Below, piece by piece: positions 34,210 to 47,078 of a DNA stretch of 64,000 nt. A model generated the notes under the pieces. It was not told where the DNA came from and did not search any database. It saw only the letters and a list, made by a program, of their open reading frames with translations. The stretch is from Eledone cirrhosa (taxonomy: Eukaryota): contig OZ024747.1 in NCBI GenBank assembly GCA_964016885.1, forward strand, positions 75,082,001 to 75,146,000, given 5' to 3'. The position numbers and the translations under genes are program-made. Each line of letters begins with the position of its first letter. The first letter of the stretch is position 1.

Positions 34210-37200
34210 TCATTGTTTATCATATATATATCATTGTTTCGACCGCGGACGGCTAACATAACCCCATCGCCCCCCGCCCCTCACCGCCCCCAACCCCCAA
34301 ACGCAATCCAAAACTTCAGAGTTGGTACCATAAATGTAGGCACCCTAAAGGGTCGCGCTAACGAGGTTGTAGAAATGCTTGAACGTAAGGAGGTCGATGT
34401 TTGTTGTATTCAAGAGACCAGGTGGAGGGGTGGGTCTGCTAGGTTCATTGAGGGTAAAAAACGTTGTTATAAGCTTTTCTGGGTGGGAAACGACGATGGG
34501 CTGGGTGGAGTAGGAATCATGGTAGCAGAAAAGTGGGCAGATAAGATAATAGACGTAAATAGAGTGAACGACAGAATAATTAAAATACGACTTGTCCTCA
34601 ATAGAACTACGGTGACAGTAATATCTGTGTACGCACCCCAATCCGGACTGCCCGGCACTATAAAAGACAGATTCTATGAGACACTGATGCTAACTACCTC
34701 CCAAATATCCGACAGTGACTATATAATTATCGCAGGCGACCTAAATGGTCACGTTGGACAACATTGTGACGGCTACGACGAAATCCATGGAGGCTATGGG
34801 TTTGGTACTAGAAATGAGGAAGGCTCCAGAATCCTGGAATTCTGTGATGCAAATAACCTAACTATCTGTAACACTAACTTCAAAAAACGTGACAATCACC
34901 TGATCACCTATAGATCCGGGGAACACACAAGCCAGGTAGATTATATCCTTACCAGAAGACGTGACAGAGTGTCTGTTGTTAACACTAAATCCCTCCCCCA
35001 TGAAGAATGCACCTCCCAACATAGACTGATAATTAGCGACCTCATAGTCAGGACGAGACGTACTCGACAACAGAAGAGGACTATCCTCAGGAGGAAAATA
35101 TGGAAGTTAAAGGACCCCACAGCCAGGAATAAATTTCAAAGCATATTACTTGATGCTTTCGACAGTAAGGAAGAACATTTAGAGTCGGACAATATAGAGG
35201 GAGAGTGGGAATTTCTGAAAGCAAACCTGCTGTTGGCGACAGACGAGGTCTGTGGCTGGAGCAGGCCTGTAGGCAGGAGGAGAGTAACATGGTGGTGGAA
35301 CAGTAAGGTGGAGGGGTCAATTAAGGCCAAAAAGCAGGCTTGGAAAGTATGGCGGGATGGGGGAAGTAGAGAGGACTATCAAGTGGCCAGGAGGGAAGCT
35401 AGGAGACAAGTGTACTTAGCAAGAAGGGAAGCTGAGGAAAGAAAGTTCAAGCATGTTCTACAACGCGATGACCAAAAACGTGAGGTGTTCAGGATTGCTA
35501 GGCAATGCGTCAAGGAAAACCGTGATATTGTCGGGGAGAAGTGTGTACTAAACGACGATGGCACACTTGCCATCACCGACGCTGATAAGAAGGTAGCTTG
35601 GAAGTGTCACTATGAAAGGCTTCTAAATGAGGAGAATAATTGGGAGAAAGGCAGTCTCCCCCATATCGACCCAATAGAGGGACCAGCAGTGTTAGTCGAG
35701 GGGAGTATAATAAGTAAGGCAATCAAGGATATGAAGACTGGTAAGGCGGCTGGGCCTTCGGAAATAGTTGCTGAGATGCTGAAGGCATCTGGCACGGTGG
35801 GACACACCATGGTCACCCGCATAGTTAACCAAGTCGTACAAAACGGGGTTGTTCCGAAGGACTGGCATAGCAGCATCATCGTTAACTGTTATAAGGGTAA
35901 AGGAGACGCCCTAGATAGGAGTAACTATAGAGGCATTAAATTAATCGACCAGGTCATGAAGGTCACGGAAAGAGTAATAGCGCAACTAATCAGAGAGAGA
36001 ATTGACCTAGATGAAATGCAGTTCGGGTTTGTGTCAGGCAAAAGTACCACAGACGCTCTTTTCATAGTACGACAACTACAAGAGAAGTACCTAGCTAAAG
36101 GTAAACCCCTCTACTTAGCTTTTGTCGACTTGGAGAAAGCCTTCGACAGAGTCCCCCGCTCCATTATCTGGTGGGCTCTTAGAAAACTAGGCGTTGACGA
36201 ATGGCTTGTGAGGGCTATACAAGCCATGTATAAAGAAACAGTCAGCAAGGTTAGAATTAACAACGAATATAGTGAAGAGTTTAGCGTAAAAGTCGGCGTC
36301 CATCAGGGCTCTGTTCTCAGTCCACTACTATTTATTATTGCCCTTCAGGCCATAACAGAGGAGTTCAAGACAGGCTGCCCATGGGAACTCCTATACGCAG
36401 ACGACCTGACACTCATAGCGGAATCAATGGCCGAGCTAGAGAAGAAATTCCAAACATGGAAGCACGGCCTAGAGTCAAAAGGACTTAAAATTAACCTGGC
36501 TAAGACCAAAGTACTAGTTTGTAGGAAAGAAAACAAGGCGGCGGTCCCTTCTGGGAAATGGTCGTGCTCGGTGTGTAGGAAAGGCGTAGGTAGAAACTCC
36601 ATTTTATGTCCTAAATGCAAAGTATGGGTGCATAAAAGATGTAGTGGGATCACAGGTAGGCTAACTAAGAACATAGATTTTACATGTGGCCGGTGCTCTG
36701 GTGCAATAAGTAGCAGCAAGTGCCCACAAACTACTAGCTCTTTCAATTGCGCAGAGGGTTCTATAGAAATAGTGGACAGCTTCCGTTACCTGGGCGATAA
36801 AATCAGCAGTGGGGGAGGGTGCTCTGAAAGTACTGTAGCTAGAGTCAGAACTGGTTGGAAAAAGTTCAGAGAGCTTATACCACTATTAGCTGCTAAAGGG
36901 TTCTCACTAAAAATGAAAGGCAGGTTGTACGATGCCTGCATACGAACAGCAATGCTGCATGGCAGTGAGACCTGGGCATTGTGTGCAGAGGATATACGCA
37001 GACTAGAGAGGAACGAAGCTTGCATGCTCCGCTGGATGTGTAACAGTAATATACGTGAACGGCAAAGCATAAACGAACTAAGGAATAAATTAGAGATAAG
37101 AGGGATCAGATGTTGTTTACTCGAGAGAAGGCTACGTTGGTATGGACACGTGATGCGCATGAAAGTCGATAGCTGTATAACAAAGTGCAGGGCAATAAAG

Positions 37201-37741
37201 ATAGACGGTAGTCACGGAATAGGCAGACCTAGAAAAACCTGGGACGAGCTGATAAACTCCGACATCACACACTTACACCTCTCCAAGACAATGTCACTGG
37301 ACCGAGACCTTTGGCGGTACTCAGTAACAGAGAAGACCCGCCTTACCTAAATATATAGTAAAACCTACTCCAGCCAGTAGGCATCTCTAACAAATACACC
37401 CCGTCCCACCACCCCCACCCGATCCACACCACCCCGTTCTATGTAAAGTTATGTTGGTGCCGCGCCATCGAGGCCGAAACAAATGAGATCGTGTAGGTGT
37501 CACGACAAAAAAACACACAGTCCACGCTGTAATGTGGCCGTGTAGGCAACACGGTAAAAACCTCCCAGACCCACACTGTAAATGTGGTTGGTGTTAGGAA
37601 GGGCATCCAACTGTAGAAAACCTGCCAGACAGTCCTATGCGAGCAAGACAATCACTCTTGCCTCAAGTGGGACTACCCCCGTCCAAACCCATGCAAGCGT
37701 GGAACACGGACGTTAAACGCTGATGATGATGATGATGATGA
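34210..37741 (+). mobile_element. Near-full-length RTE-clade LINE (subfamily A)
   Basis: Single uninterrupted ORF to 37350, about 390-nt 3' UTR ending ttaaacgc(tga)n; both ends abut TA arrays. Confidence 0.95.
34237..37350 (+). CDS. APE endonuclease - reverse transcriptase polyprotein with an inserted C4HC3 PHD-type finger (true start not visible)
   Basis: EN motifs [33 protein letters not shown]; RT motifs [23 protein letters not shown]; RTE C-terminus RLRWYGHV...GRPRKTW. The upstream part of the listed ORF is microsatellite. Confidence 0.9.
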   Translation, partial: FRPRTANITPSPPAPHRPQPPNAIQNFRVGTINVGTLKGRANEVVEMLERKEVDVCCIQETRWRGGSARFIEGKKRCYKLFWVGNDDGLGGVGIMVAEKWADKIIDVNRVNDRIIKIRLVLNRTTVTVISVYAPQSGLPGTIKDRFYETLMLTTSQISDSDYIIIAGDLNGHVGQHCDGYDEIHGGYGFGTRNEEGSRILEFCDANNLTICNTNFKKRDNHLITYRSGEHTSQVDYILTRRRDRVSVVNTKSLPHEECTSQHRLIISDLIVRTRRTRQQKRTILRRKIWKLKDPTARNKFQSILLDAFDSKEEHLESDNIEGEWEFLKANLLLATDEVCGWSRPVGRRRVTWWWNSKVEGSIKAKKQAWKVWRDGGSREDYQVARREARRQVYLARREAEERKFKHVLQRDDQKREVFRIARQCVKENRDIVGEKCVLNDDGTLAITDADKKVAWKCHYERLLNEENNWEKGSLPHIDPIEGPAVLVEGSIISKAIKDMKTGKAAGPSEIVAEMLKASGTVGHTMVTRIVNQVVQNGVVPKDWHSSIIVNCYKGKGDALDRSNYRGIKLIDQVMKVTERVIAQLIRERIDLDEMQFGFVSGKSTTDALFIVRQLQEKYLAKGKPLYLAFVDLEKAFDRVPRSIIWWALRKLGVDEWLVRAIQAMYKETVSKVRINNEYSEEFSVKVGVHQGSVLSPLLFIIALQAITEEFKTGCPWELLYADDLTLIAESMAELEKKFQTWKHGLESKGLKINLAKTKVLVCRKENKAAVPSGKWSCSVCRKGVGRNSILCPKCKVWVHKRCSGITGRLTKNIDFTCGRCSGAISSSKCPQTTSSFNCAEGSIEIVDSFRYLGDKISSGGGCSESTVARVRTGWKKFRELIPLLAAKGFSLKMKGRLYDACIRTAMLHGSETWALCAEDIRRLERNEACMLRWMCNSNIRERQSINELRNKLEIRGIRCCLLERRLRWYGHVMRMKVDSCITKCRAIKIDGSHGIGRPRKTWDELINSDITHLHLSKTMSLDRDLWRYSVTEKTRLT

Positions 37742-37747
37742 TATATG

Positions 37748-37778
<31 letters not shown>

Positions 37779-37836
37779 GTATATGTATATATATATGTAT
37801 ATGTATATGTGTATATATATATGTATATACATATAC

Positions 37837-39843
37837 TAGATTGCACTCGAGCTTTCCCATGAGAATGAGAGGGCAAAGAAAGAGAACAGGGCCATAGAAA
37901 ACATTAAAACAAACCCTAAGGCCTTCTTTAAATTTGCAAAAGAAACTGCCTCAGTACACTGCAAGATTGGGCCACTCTTCCATACGGACGGTTCATTAAA
38001 AGAAAACCCCCATGAGATATGTGAAATACTGAACGAACAGTACAAAAGTGTGTTCACATGTCCACTGAGGCACATGCAAATAACGAAGCCAGAGGAGTTC
38101 TTTGATGCCAAAACACTACATGAAGAAAAGGCAACCATCAACCACATAGACATAACGGAGGAGGATGTGGTGTACGCCATTGATGAAATTAGAACAGACT
38201 CGGCTGCTGGACCTGATGGATTCCCAGCATTTCTCTTAAAAATATGTAAGCGGGCCTTAGCAACTCCACTGAAGATGCTCTTCAGAAGCTCCTTGGCTAG
38301 TGGTGTACTACCCAGGGAGCTGAAAGAAGGCACAATATGCCCTATCCATAAAGGAGGTAGCAGAGCGGAGGCCAAAAACTATAGGCCAGTCTCGCTGACG
38401 TCGCATATCAGTAAAGTCATGGAGCGAGTCGTCAGAAAGAAACTGATCACTTTCCTCGAGGAAAATGACCGCCTGACTAGCACGCAACATGGCTTCCGCC
38501 CAGGAAGAAGCTGCCTTACACAGCTGCTACATCACTACGACTGGGTAATAAGACAACTACTAGACAGCTCACATGTGGACGTGATATATCTTGACTTTGC
38601 AAAGGCCTTTGACAAGGTCAACCACGGAATGATATGTCACAAACTACACGGACTCGGCATAACTGGAAAAGTAGGTGACTGGCTGCATGACTTCCTAAAG
38701 GACAGAAGCCAGGCAGTCGCAGCAAATGGGGCCCTCTCAAAGGAAACACCAATAACAAGTGGGTGCCCCAGGGGTCAGTCCTGGGACCACTACTGTTTTT
38801 GGTGGCTCTCTTACATGCCCTCTGTAGTACATACAACAACATCCCTCACTAGCTATGCTGATGACACTAAGGTAGCACAGGCAATCAAAAACCCGGGTGA
38901 TGCTGCCCTTTTTTTAGCAGGATCTGGATGCCATATACAAATGGGCAGAAGAAAACAACATGCAGTTTAATGCTGGCAAATTCCAAGCCCTACAATACAA
39001 ACCTCCAAATAAACCTGCAAACACAAATATAGTGGAACACAACTACACAGGACCAGGAGGGACCAATATCCCCGTATCAAAATCGATATGAGACCTGGGC
39101 ATAGACATGAGCAATGATGCATCTTTTTCTTCACACATCATGAGAGTGGCGACAATGTGCAGACGACTCGCTGGCTGGATCTTGAGGACTTTCCGGACAA
39201 GAGATCGAAACACCCTGTTGACACTATGGAGGACATTTGTCCTAAGCCGCCTGGACTACTGCTCCCAGTTGTGGTCACCCCATAGTGTCAAACTAACCAC
39301 GGAGCTTGAGGCAATCCAGCGAAGCTACACCAAGAGGATTGCAAAGATGAGGGAGACAAGCTACTGGGAGAGGCTAAAGGAACTGAACCTCTACTCCTTG
39401 GAGCAAAGACGGGAGAGATACGCAGTGATCTACATGTGGAAAATCCTGGAGGGACTAGCACCAAACTTTGGCATTGGGAGCTGGACCAACCGTCGAACAG
39501 GACGTCACTGTGTGGTGCCAAAGGTCCCGTCTTCCACATCTAGAATAAGGAGCAGGTATTTCAATAGCCTGGGATTCAAGGGCCCTCAATTCTTCAACAG
39601 GCTGCCGAGGGATCTGAGTGATTTGCATGACGTGGAGGTGGATGTCTTAAGAAACATCTCGACGCCTTGTTGTCCAGGATCCCGGATGAGCCCACAGCAA
39701 GACACGAGGCAAACCTAAGGGCAGCAGCAACAAACTCCCTCTTACACCAGTGGCCAACCTATACAGGCTGGGGATAAAATGTGTAGCAACAAGGGCAGTG
39801 CCCCAGATGGCCTCAGCCGGATGGCTGAAACAGGTAAAAGAGT
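37837..39843 (+). mobile_element. 5'-truncated, frameshifted CR1-group LINE (RT and C-terminus)
   Basis: NPKAFFKFAK, AAGPDG, NYRPVSLTS, QHGFRPGRSC, LDFAKAFD, YADD, DYCSQLWSP; 3' stem-loop cagcc/ggctg. Confidence 0.9.
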
Positions 39844-40024
39844 ATATGTATATATATATGTATATATATATGTATATATATATGTATATATGTATATATA
39901 TATGTATATATATATATATATATGTATATGTATATATGTATATATATGTATATGTATATATATATGTATCTATATGTATATGTATCTATATGTATATGTA
40001 TATGTATCTATATGTATATGTATC

Positions 40025-40060
<36 letters not shown>

Positions 40061-40061
<1 letters not shown>

Positions 40062-43000
40062 CATCATCACCGTTTTACGTCCGTTCTTCCACGCTAGCAT
40101 GGGTTAGACGGGTTGTCCTGTTGTGGGCAGTGTCTGGTTGGCTGACCATGCCTTGCTCATACAGGAACTGATCTGGCTTGATTTCTACAGCTGGATTCCC
40201 TTCCTAACACCAACCTCATTTACAGTGAGTGCTGGGTGCTTTTTTGTGGCGCCTACACGTCCACTTTACAGTGTGGGCTGGGTGCTTTTTTGCCGTGGCA
40301 CCTCCACGACCACCTTGCGGTGGGGGCATATTGTTTATATGCTTCAGCATGTACCCATGGGAGGTCGGGTACCCTGTATTACTGCGTGACGCCAGAAGTC
40401 ACGGTCGTGTGTCATTGACTTTGAGAGGTGTAGTTGGGTAAGGTCGGCTTTTATCACCTCATCCCAAGTCATCTTGGGTCTCCCCACTCCGCGGTTTCCA
40501 TCAACTTCTAGTGCTCTGCACCTTTTTATGCAGCTGTCATCCTTCATACGCATCACATGTCCATACCAGCGTAACCGCCTCTCCTGCACGCAGCATTTGA
40601 TTCCTCTTATGCTCAGTCTCTCTCTCAATTCCTTTATGCTTTGTCGTTCACGTATATTACTGTTACACATCCATCGGAGCATGCAGGCTTCGTTTCTCTC
40701 TAATCTACGTAAGTCTTCCACCTTCAGCGCCCAGGTCTCACTACCATGCAACATCGCTGTTCGGATACACGCATCATACAGTCTGCCTTTCATTCTGAGG
40801 GAGAAGCCTTTTGCAGCTAGCAGTGGTAGTAGTTCCCTAAACTTCTTCCATCCCGTTCTTACCCTAGTTATTGTACTTTCTGAGCACCCACCTCCGTTGC
40901 TAATTCGGTCACCTAGGTAGCAGAAGCTGTCTACTGTTTCTACAGGGCCCTCCCAGAGATTGGTGGTACTTGTTTCCTGTGGCTGTTTGCTTGCTGTTTC
41001 AGCACAGCTGCTGCATGTGAATCCTACATTCTTAATTAAGCTTCCTGAGATCCCGCTACATCTCTTGTGTACCCATTGTTTGCATTTGGGGCAGAGAATG
41101 GAGTTCCTACCTACACCTTTCCTACATACTGAGCAAGGCCATTTCCCTGAGGGGATCTGGGTTCTGTTTTCTCGTCTACTTATAAGGACCTTAGTCTTTG
41201 TCATGTTGACTTTGAGGCCCTTTCTCTCTAGTCCCTGCTTCCAGGTTTGGAATTTATTCTCTAGTTCTACCATAGATTCAGCTATGAGTGCGAGGTCATC
41301 AGCATACAGGAGTTCCCATGGGCATCCGGTCTTAAACTCCTCCGTTATTGCCTGCAGGACTATGATGAACAGGAGAGGGCTAAGAACAGAGCCCTGGTGG
41401 ACCCCAACCTGTACGCTAAATTCCTCGCTATACTCATTGCCAATCCTAACTTTGCTGACTGCTCCCCTATACATGGCTTGTACCGCTTTCACAAGCCATT
41501 CATCTACTCCTAGTTTTCTAAGAGCCCACCAGATTACTGCACGTGGAACTCTGTCAAAGGCTTTCTCAAGGTCGACAAATGCCAAGTAGAGTGGCTTACT
41601 TTTAGCTAGGTACTTTTCCTGTAATTGCCTCACAAGGAAGAGGGCATCAGTGGTGCCTTTCCCTGGTACAAACCCAAATTGCATCTCGTCTATATTCACC
41701 CGGTCCCTAATCAGCTGTGCTATAACTCTTTCTGTTACTTTCATGACCTGGTCCATCAACTTTATACCTCTATAGTTTCCTCTATCTAGTGCATCGCCTT
41801 TACCTTTGTAGCAGTTGACAATGATGCTACTGCACCAATCTTTTGGTATGGCCCCCTCTAGTATTACCTGGTTAACGATACGTGTGGTTATAGTGTGACC
41901 TACAGACCCAGATGCCTTCAGCATCTCGGCAGCTATACCCGATGGACCGGTTGCCTTCCCTATCTTCATATCTCTGATTGCCTTACTTACTACGCTGCCG
42001 CTGACTTGTACTGCTGGTCCCTCTATAGGGTCTACGTGGGGTAGGGTCTCTTCTTCCCATGCATTCTCCTCATTTAGTAATCTATCATAATGACTCTTCC
42101 ATGCATCTTTCTTCTCAGCACTTGTGAGGGCAAGCTCACCTTTATCATTCCGGATACACTTCTCTCCAATGACATCACAACTATCTCTGACACACTGCCT
42201 CGCAATCTTGAATACCTCCTGTTTCTGGTCCTCACGTTGTAAAACATGCTTGAATTTTCTATCCTCTGCTTCCCTCCTAGCTAAGTATACTTGTCGCCTA
42301 GCTTCCCTCTTGGTCTCTATGTAATGTACCCTGCTCCCCCCGTTCTTCCATTCTTTCCATGCTTGTCTCTTGGCCTTGACTGCTTCATCTACCTTATTGT
42401 TCCACCACCAAGTCACTCTCCTCCTGCTTGAGGTCTTACTCCAGCCACAAACCTCATCCGTCGCCTCTAGTAAGTTATTTTTTAGGAACTCCCAGTTCTC
42501 TTCTACGTTAAATGTCTCTATCTGTTCTTCTTTACTGTCGTAGGCGTTGAGTAAAATATCTTTAAATCTGTTACTGGTTGAGGGGACTTTCAGCTTCCAG
42601 ATCTTTCTTCTCCAGGTTGGCCTCTGTTTCAGGGCTCGTCTAGTTCTGACCGTGAGGTCGCTGACAACTAAGCTATGTTGGGATGTACATTCCTCACTAG
42701 GGAAGGCTTTTGTGTTTACGACCGTCCATCTGTCACGTCCTCTGATGAGGATAAAATCTAACTGACTAGAGTGCTCCCCTGATCTATAGGTGATCAGGTG
42801 GTTGTCGGGTTTTTTAAAGTTTGTGTTACATATCGACATGTCATTGGCGTCGCAGAATTCTAGAAGTCTGAATGCTTCCTCATTCCTTGTGCCAACTCCA
42901 TGGCCTCCATGTACTCTATTGAAGCCGTCGCAGTGTTTACCTACGTGTCCGTTAAAATCTCCTGCAATGATTAGGAAGTCCTTGTCGTCTGTTAGAGCAG

Positions 43001-43222
43001 TAGTGTGTATTAGGGACTCGTAAAACCTATCCTTAAGTTCGTCTGGCAGCCCCGATTGGGGTGCGTAAGCTGATATTATTGTGGTAATTGTCTTATTCAG
43101 GACTAGTCTGAGTTTAATGATTCTTGCATTTACCCTGTACACTGAGATTACTTTATCTACCCACTTGTCAGCTAATAGTATACCTACACCACCCATCCCA
43201 TCGTCATTTCCCACCCAGAAAA
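40061..43222 (-). mobile_element. RTE-clade LINE (subfamily B), 5'-truncated within the EN domain
   Basis: Uninterrupted ORF from FWVGNDDG to the stop at 40344, with RT motifs and PHD finger; distinct 3' UTR with (GAT)n tail. Confidence 0.95.
40344..43220 (-). CDS. EN(partial)-RT-PHD polyprotein, subfamily B
   Basis: [28 protein letters not shown]...CPKC...HKRC...CSSC. Confidence 0.85.
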   Translation of the reverse strand, partial: FWVGNDDGMGGVGILLADKWVDKVISVYRVNARIIKLRLVLNKTITTIISAYAPQSGLPDELKDRFYESLIHTTALTDDKDFLIIAGDFNGHVGKHCDGFNRVHGGHGVGTRNEEAFRLLEFCDANDMSICNTNFKKPDNHLITYRSGEHSSQLDFILIRGRDRWTVVNTKAFPSEECTSQHSLVVSDLTVRTRRALKQRPTWRRKIWKLKVPSTSNRFKDILLNAYDSKEEQIETFNVEENWEFLKNNLLEATDEVCGWSKTSSRRRVTWWWNNKVDEAVKAKRQAWKEWKNGGSRVHYIETKREARRQVYLARREAEDRKFKHVLQREDQKQEVFKIARQCVRDSCDVIGEKCIRNDKGELALTSAEKKDAWKSHYDRLLNEENAWEEETLPHVDPIEGPAVQVSGSVVSKAIRDMKIGKATGPSGIAAEMLKASGSVGHTITTRIVNQVILEGAIPKDWCSSIIVNCYKGKGDALDRGNYRGIKLMDQVMKVTERVIAQLIRDRVNIDEMQFGFVPGKGTTDALFLVRQLQEKYLAKSKPLYLAFVDLEKAFDRVPRAVIWWALRKLGVDEWLVKAVQAMYRGAVSKVRIGNEYSEEFSVQVGVHQGSVLSPLLFIIVLQAITEEFKTGCPWELLYADDLALIAESMVELENKFQTWKQGLERKGLKVNMTKTKVLISRRENRTQIPSGKWPCSVCRKGVGRNSILCPKCKQWVHKRCSGISGSLIKNVGFTCSSCAETASKQPQETSTTNLWEGPVETVDSFCYLGDRISNGGGCSESTITRVRTGWKKFRELLPLLAAKGFSLRMKGRLYDACIRTAMLHGSETWALKVEDLRRLERNEACMLRWMCNSNIRERQSIKELRERLSIRGIKCCVQERRLRWYGHVMRMKDDSCIKRCRALEVDGNRGVGRPKMTWDEVIKADLTQLHLSKSMTHDRDFWRHAVIQGTRPPMGTC

Positions 43223-43307
43223 ATATATATGCATATATATATGTATATATGTATATATATAGGTGTATATATATATGTATATAGGTATATATATATGTAT
43301 ATAGGTA

Positions 43308-45956
43308 TATAACTTTGAATAACTTTGAAATGTTTTGGCCAGTATTGGCCCAGGCCATGTCTAACTTAATAGCACCACCTGGCGAAGTCTTTCAATTCAG
43401 GATTTGGGCACCATGGCCCATTCGAGAAGAGAATTACTGTTTGCGGAGACATATCCGGGTGGGGGTGGTTTGTCCGGGATTACTTGGAGGAATTTGTCCA
43501 AAGACTTCTTGAATTTTGTGTGGTCAGTTTCTGTTTTGACGTGTCCTGGTGTGATGTTGAAGAGAGCAGGGCCAATTGAGGTGAAATAATTGTGCCGTAT
43601 TGTTGTTATGAGTTGCGATTTAGATTTTTGTATGGGACGGATAGCACGGGGCCCAAGCCTTGGGTGTATCTTGAAGGCGATGCCAACATCATTTGGGCAG
43701 TGATGATGGAACATTTTCCACATCATGCAGATAATATAACGCTCACGGCGACGTTGGAGTGAGTAAAGTTTCAGCTTTTCTAGTCGACCCCAGTAGACAA
43801 GGTCTGACATGCCATCTATCTTTTTCGTGATTGCCCTTTGAGGAGCTTCAAGTTTCATGATACTTTGTTTCGTGTGGGGAGACCACAGTGGACAACAGTA
43901 TTCAAGGTGTGGTCGGGCAAAAGTAGAGAAGAGAAGGATAATGGTGTGGGAATCTCTTGACTGGAAGGTTCTGAGGATCCAGGAACACGTTCTGCGGGCC
44001 ATGTCAACTTTGCTGCTTATATGCGTGGCCCAGCTTATGTTGCTGTCCACGGTTACTCCCAAGTCTCTGATGTTGTTAGATGCCACGAGAGTTTCCCCGG
44101 AGGGAAGGGAGTACGGGAGTTTCAGAGCATCCTCTTTTCCAAAGTGGATCAGTTCGAATTTGTCTTCGTTCAGTAACATGTTGTTCTTTTCCGCCCATTG
44201 GGTAACAGCCAGTAGGTCTGACTGAAGGCTTATCCGGTCATCCACGCCATTGATGACCTTTTGGAGCTTGGAATCATCAGCGAAAATTTTAATGTTGCTG
44301 TGTTTGATGATGTCAGTGATGTCATTAATATAGATGATGAAGAGAAGTGGGCCCAACACAGTGTCTTGTGGGACCCCACTACTGACTTTGGCTGGGCTGG
44401 ATTTGACTCCTTCAACTACAACATGTTGGGTTCTGTTTGACAGGAAGCTCTTGATCCACTGCAGCAGCTTTCCAGTGACACCAATATTGGACAGTTTTCT
44501 CAGTAGAATGTTATGATCAACCCTGTCAAAGGCCTTGCTGAAATCAAGGTAGATAACATCAGTGTTGGAACCCTCTCCCAAGGCTCTCTAAATGTCATCA
44601 AAGTGATGCAGTAGCTGCGTCAGGCAATCCCTTCCATTACGGAATCCATGCTGGTTGGAGTTCAGCATATTGTTACTCTCAAGGAAGTGGGTCATTCGCG
44701 ATCTCACCACTCTCAAATACCTTAATGATATGAGAGGTGAGTGAGATTGGACGGTAATTCACGGCAAGGGATTTGTTTCCTTTTTTGAAGTCTGGGACAA
44801 CAGACTGGGATAGAAGGTTTTCTGGCACATATCCAGCATCCAGTGAGTTCCGCCACAGATTGGCAAGAGGAGATGCAAGTTGGTGTTGACACGCCTTCAA
44901 GACACAAGCAGGGAACCTATCGGGACCTACTGCTGAATTATGCTTGATTTCCTTTATTGCCGCTAAGACATCAGGGGCGCCAAACATTATGTCCGATAAG
45001 GTGTAATGGGGAGTAACATCGCCGATACAGCCCAGATCGGCCATATCAGGATTGCTGAAAACAGAGCAGTATTGTTTCTGCAGTATCTCACCCATGGTTT
45101 TAGCATTGTCTTGAGTGCCATTTTCATCAATTAGAGGGCCAACAGTAGAGCCAGTGATTTTGTGTTTTTTTGCAAATGAAAAGAACACTTTGGGATTGAG
45201 TTTGATCTTCTCAATGGCCCAGGCCTCTTCAGTTCTTCTCTGATTGTTGATGAGGGACATTATGTTGTTTTGGAGGTTATGTTTTTTAATCTCTAGTGAT
45301 GAAATGGCAGTCAAGTCGATGTGTTACTGCTGACAGTATTTCAGCTTGTTGATTTTTTTTGTTCGTTCTCTTAATTTTTCTGATGAACGTTTTTCTATTT
45401 CTAGGGATTCTGCTCTTAGATTTGTTTATAGTTCTTAATGGGGTGTGTTTTGCACATATGTTTGTAACAGTGTCCACAAATGTCTGCCAGGACTTTTTGA
45501 TGTTAGTGGGTGTATGAGTGTGCGTGAAGGACCAGTCGACATGTGCAAGATCATGACTGATCGCTTCCCAGTTTGCATTGTGGAAATCCATAGCGTCAAA
45601 CGGATGGACAGGAGAGATGACATTGGGTTTGTATATTGGACGGTGGAATCTCAGATCACAGAGAACCATGTCATGATCAGAGAGTAGAGTTTTCTCCACT
45701 GCAATATTGTGGATATTGTCAGTGTGATTGCTGAAAATTAAGTCTAGGACGTTTTTGTGGCACCTCGTTGGTTCGAGCACCAGTTGGGATAGGAAGAAAT
45801 CATCCATGAAGTCAAGAAGCGATTCCACTGCTTCCCTGTCAGAGGTTGAGGCAGAAGAACCTGGTGGCAGGCTGTTTGTGGACCAGTCAACTCCGGGGAG
45901 GTTGAAGTCCCCCATCATTAAGATGTTGTCAGGGTGACACACTTGGATGAAACACT
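43308..45956 (-). mobile_element. Frameshifted CR1-group LINE (partial EN + RT), second family
   Basis: MGDFNLP, LDLIF, LSDHD; GPDRFP, NYRPISLTS, LDFSKAFD, FADD, EYCCPLWSP; tail ttcaaagttattcaaagttat. Confidence 0.9.
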
Positions 45957-45961
45957 ATATG

Positions 45962-46138
<177 letters not shown>

Positions 46139-46149
46139 GTATATATATA

Positions 46150-46247
46150 TGCAAGGCATGGTCAGCTGACCAGACACTGCCCACAACAGGACAACCCGTG
46201 GAGCCCATGTTAGCATGGAAGAACGGACGTAAAACGGTGATGATGAT
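46150..46247 (+). mobile_element. Short 3' end of PHD-RTE subfamily B
   Basis: Reverse complement of 40061-40156, ending aaaacggtgatgatg. Confidence 0.85.
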
Positions 46248-46318
46248 ATATAGATGTATATGTATGTATATATATTTGTATATTTATGTATATATATGTA
46301 TATATATATGTAAGTAGA

Positions 46319-46945
46319 CAGGGTGCGGACGATATTTGTTCGCAAGATTACTGTCTCTCAAAAAATAACACATTAGTTTTATTTTTTAAGATTCATTTAT
46401 CAAACTTGGGTCAGTTTGTCTTCATGACCTGTTCTTTTGATCTCACGCGATAAACCAGCCATTGGCATTGATGACGGCCTCAAGGCGGCCTCGGAACCGG
46501 CTACAGGCCTTCGTCACCTAAAGGCACTTGTGATCCTAGCCTTCAGATCGTCTTTCGTATTGCAGCTAGATCTGTTGGTGTCTCGCCCCACTGCGCTCCA
46601 CACAAAGAAATCGAGGGGTTGCAGTCAGGCGAGCTGGGAGGCCAGATGTCAGGTGAAGTGTGCTCGACGAAGTTATCTGACAGCCAGGCTGGTATGACAG
46701 GGCGCTGAGTCTTGCTGCCACACTTATGGCCTACCTGCAGCCACCGGGTTGATCCAGGGCTTTACGACCTTGCTCAGAAGGCGGATGTAGCCATCGGTGT
46801 TCAGCTTGAGGCCCTCAGGGAAGAAGTGAGGTGGCATGATGTCACCTTGACTGCTGACGACACCTAAGACCAATGTTGTCGCTGGAAACTTTGTCTGCAT
46901 GACTCTGGGCATGTCTTTGGATGAGACAGCAAGCCAGCTGTTGTT
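46319..46945 (-). mobile_element. Tc1/mariner (maT/DD37D-like) transposon relic: transposase C-terminal half plus one TIR
   Basis: KFPATTLVLGVVSSQGDIMPPHFF...VVKPWI...GRP*VWQQDSAPCH...PPSSPDCNPLDFFVW; terminal cagggtg at 46319. Confidence 0.85.
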
Positions 46946-47078
46946 CTGGGAAAGTCTGAAATTTCCTTATTAGTCCTCCCGGTGCGGTTTCCAAGAAGAA
47001 CTCCGTGTCTCTTCCACAAATTTGGAGGTTCAAAATTATTCATAATCAATTATTCTGAAAATAAATAATTGAAATATT

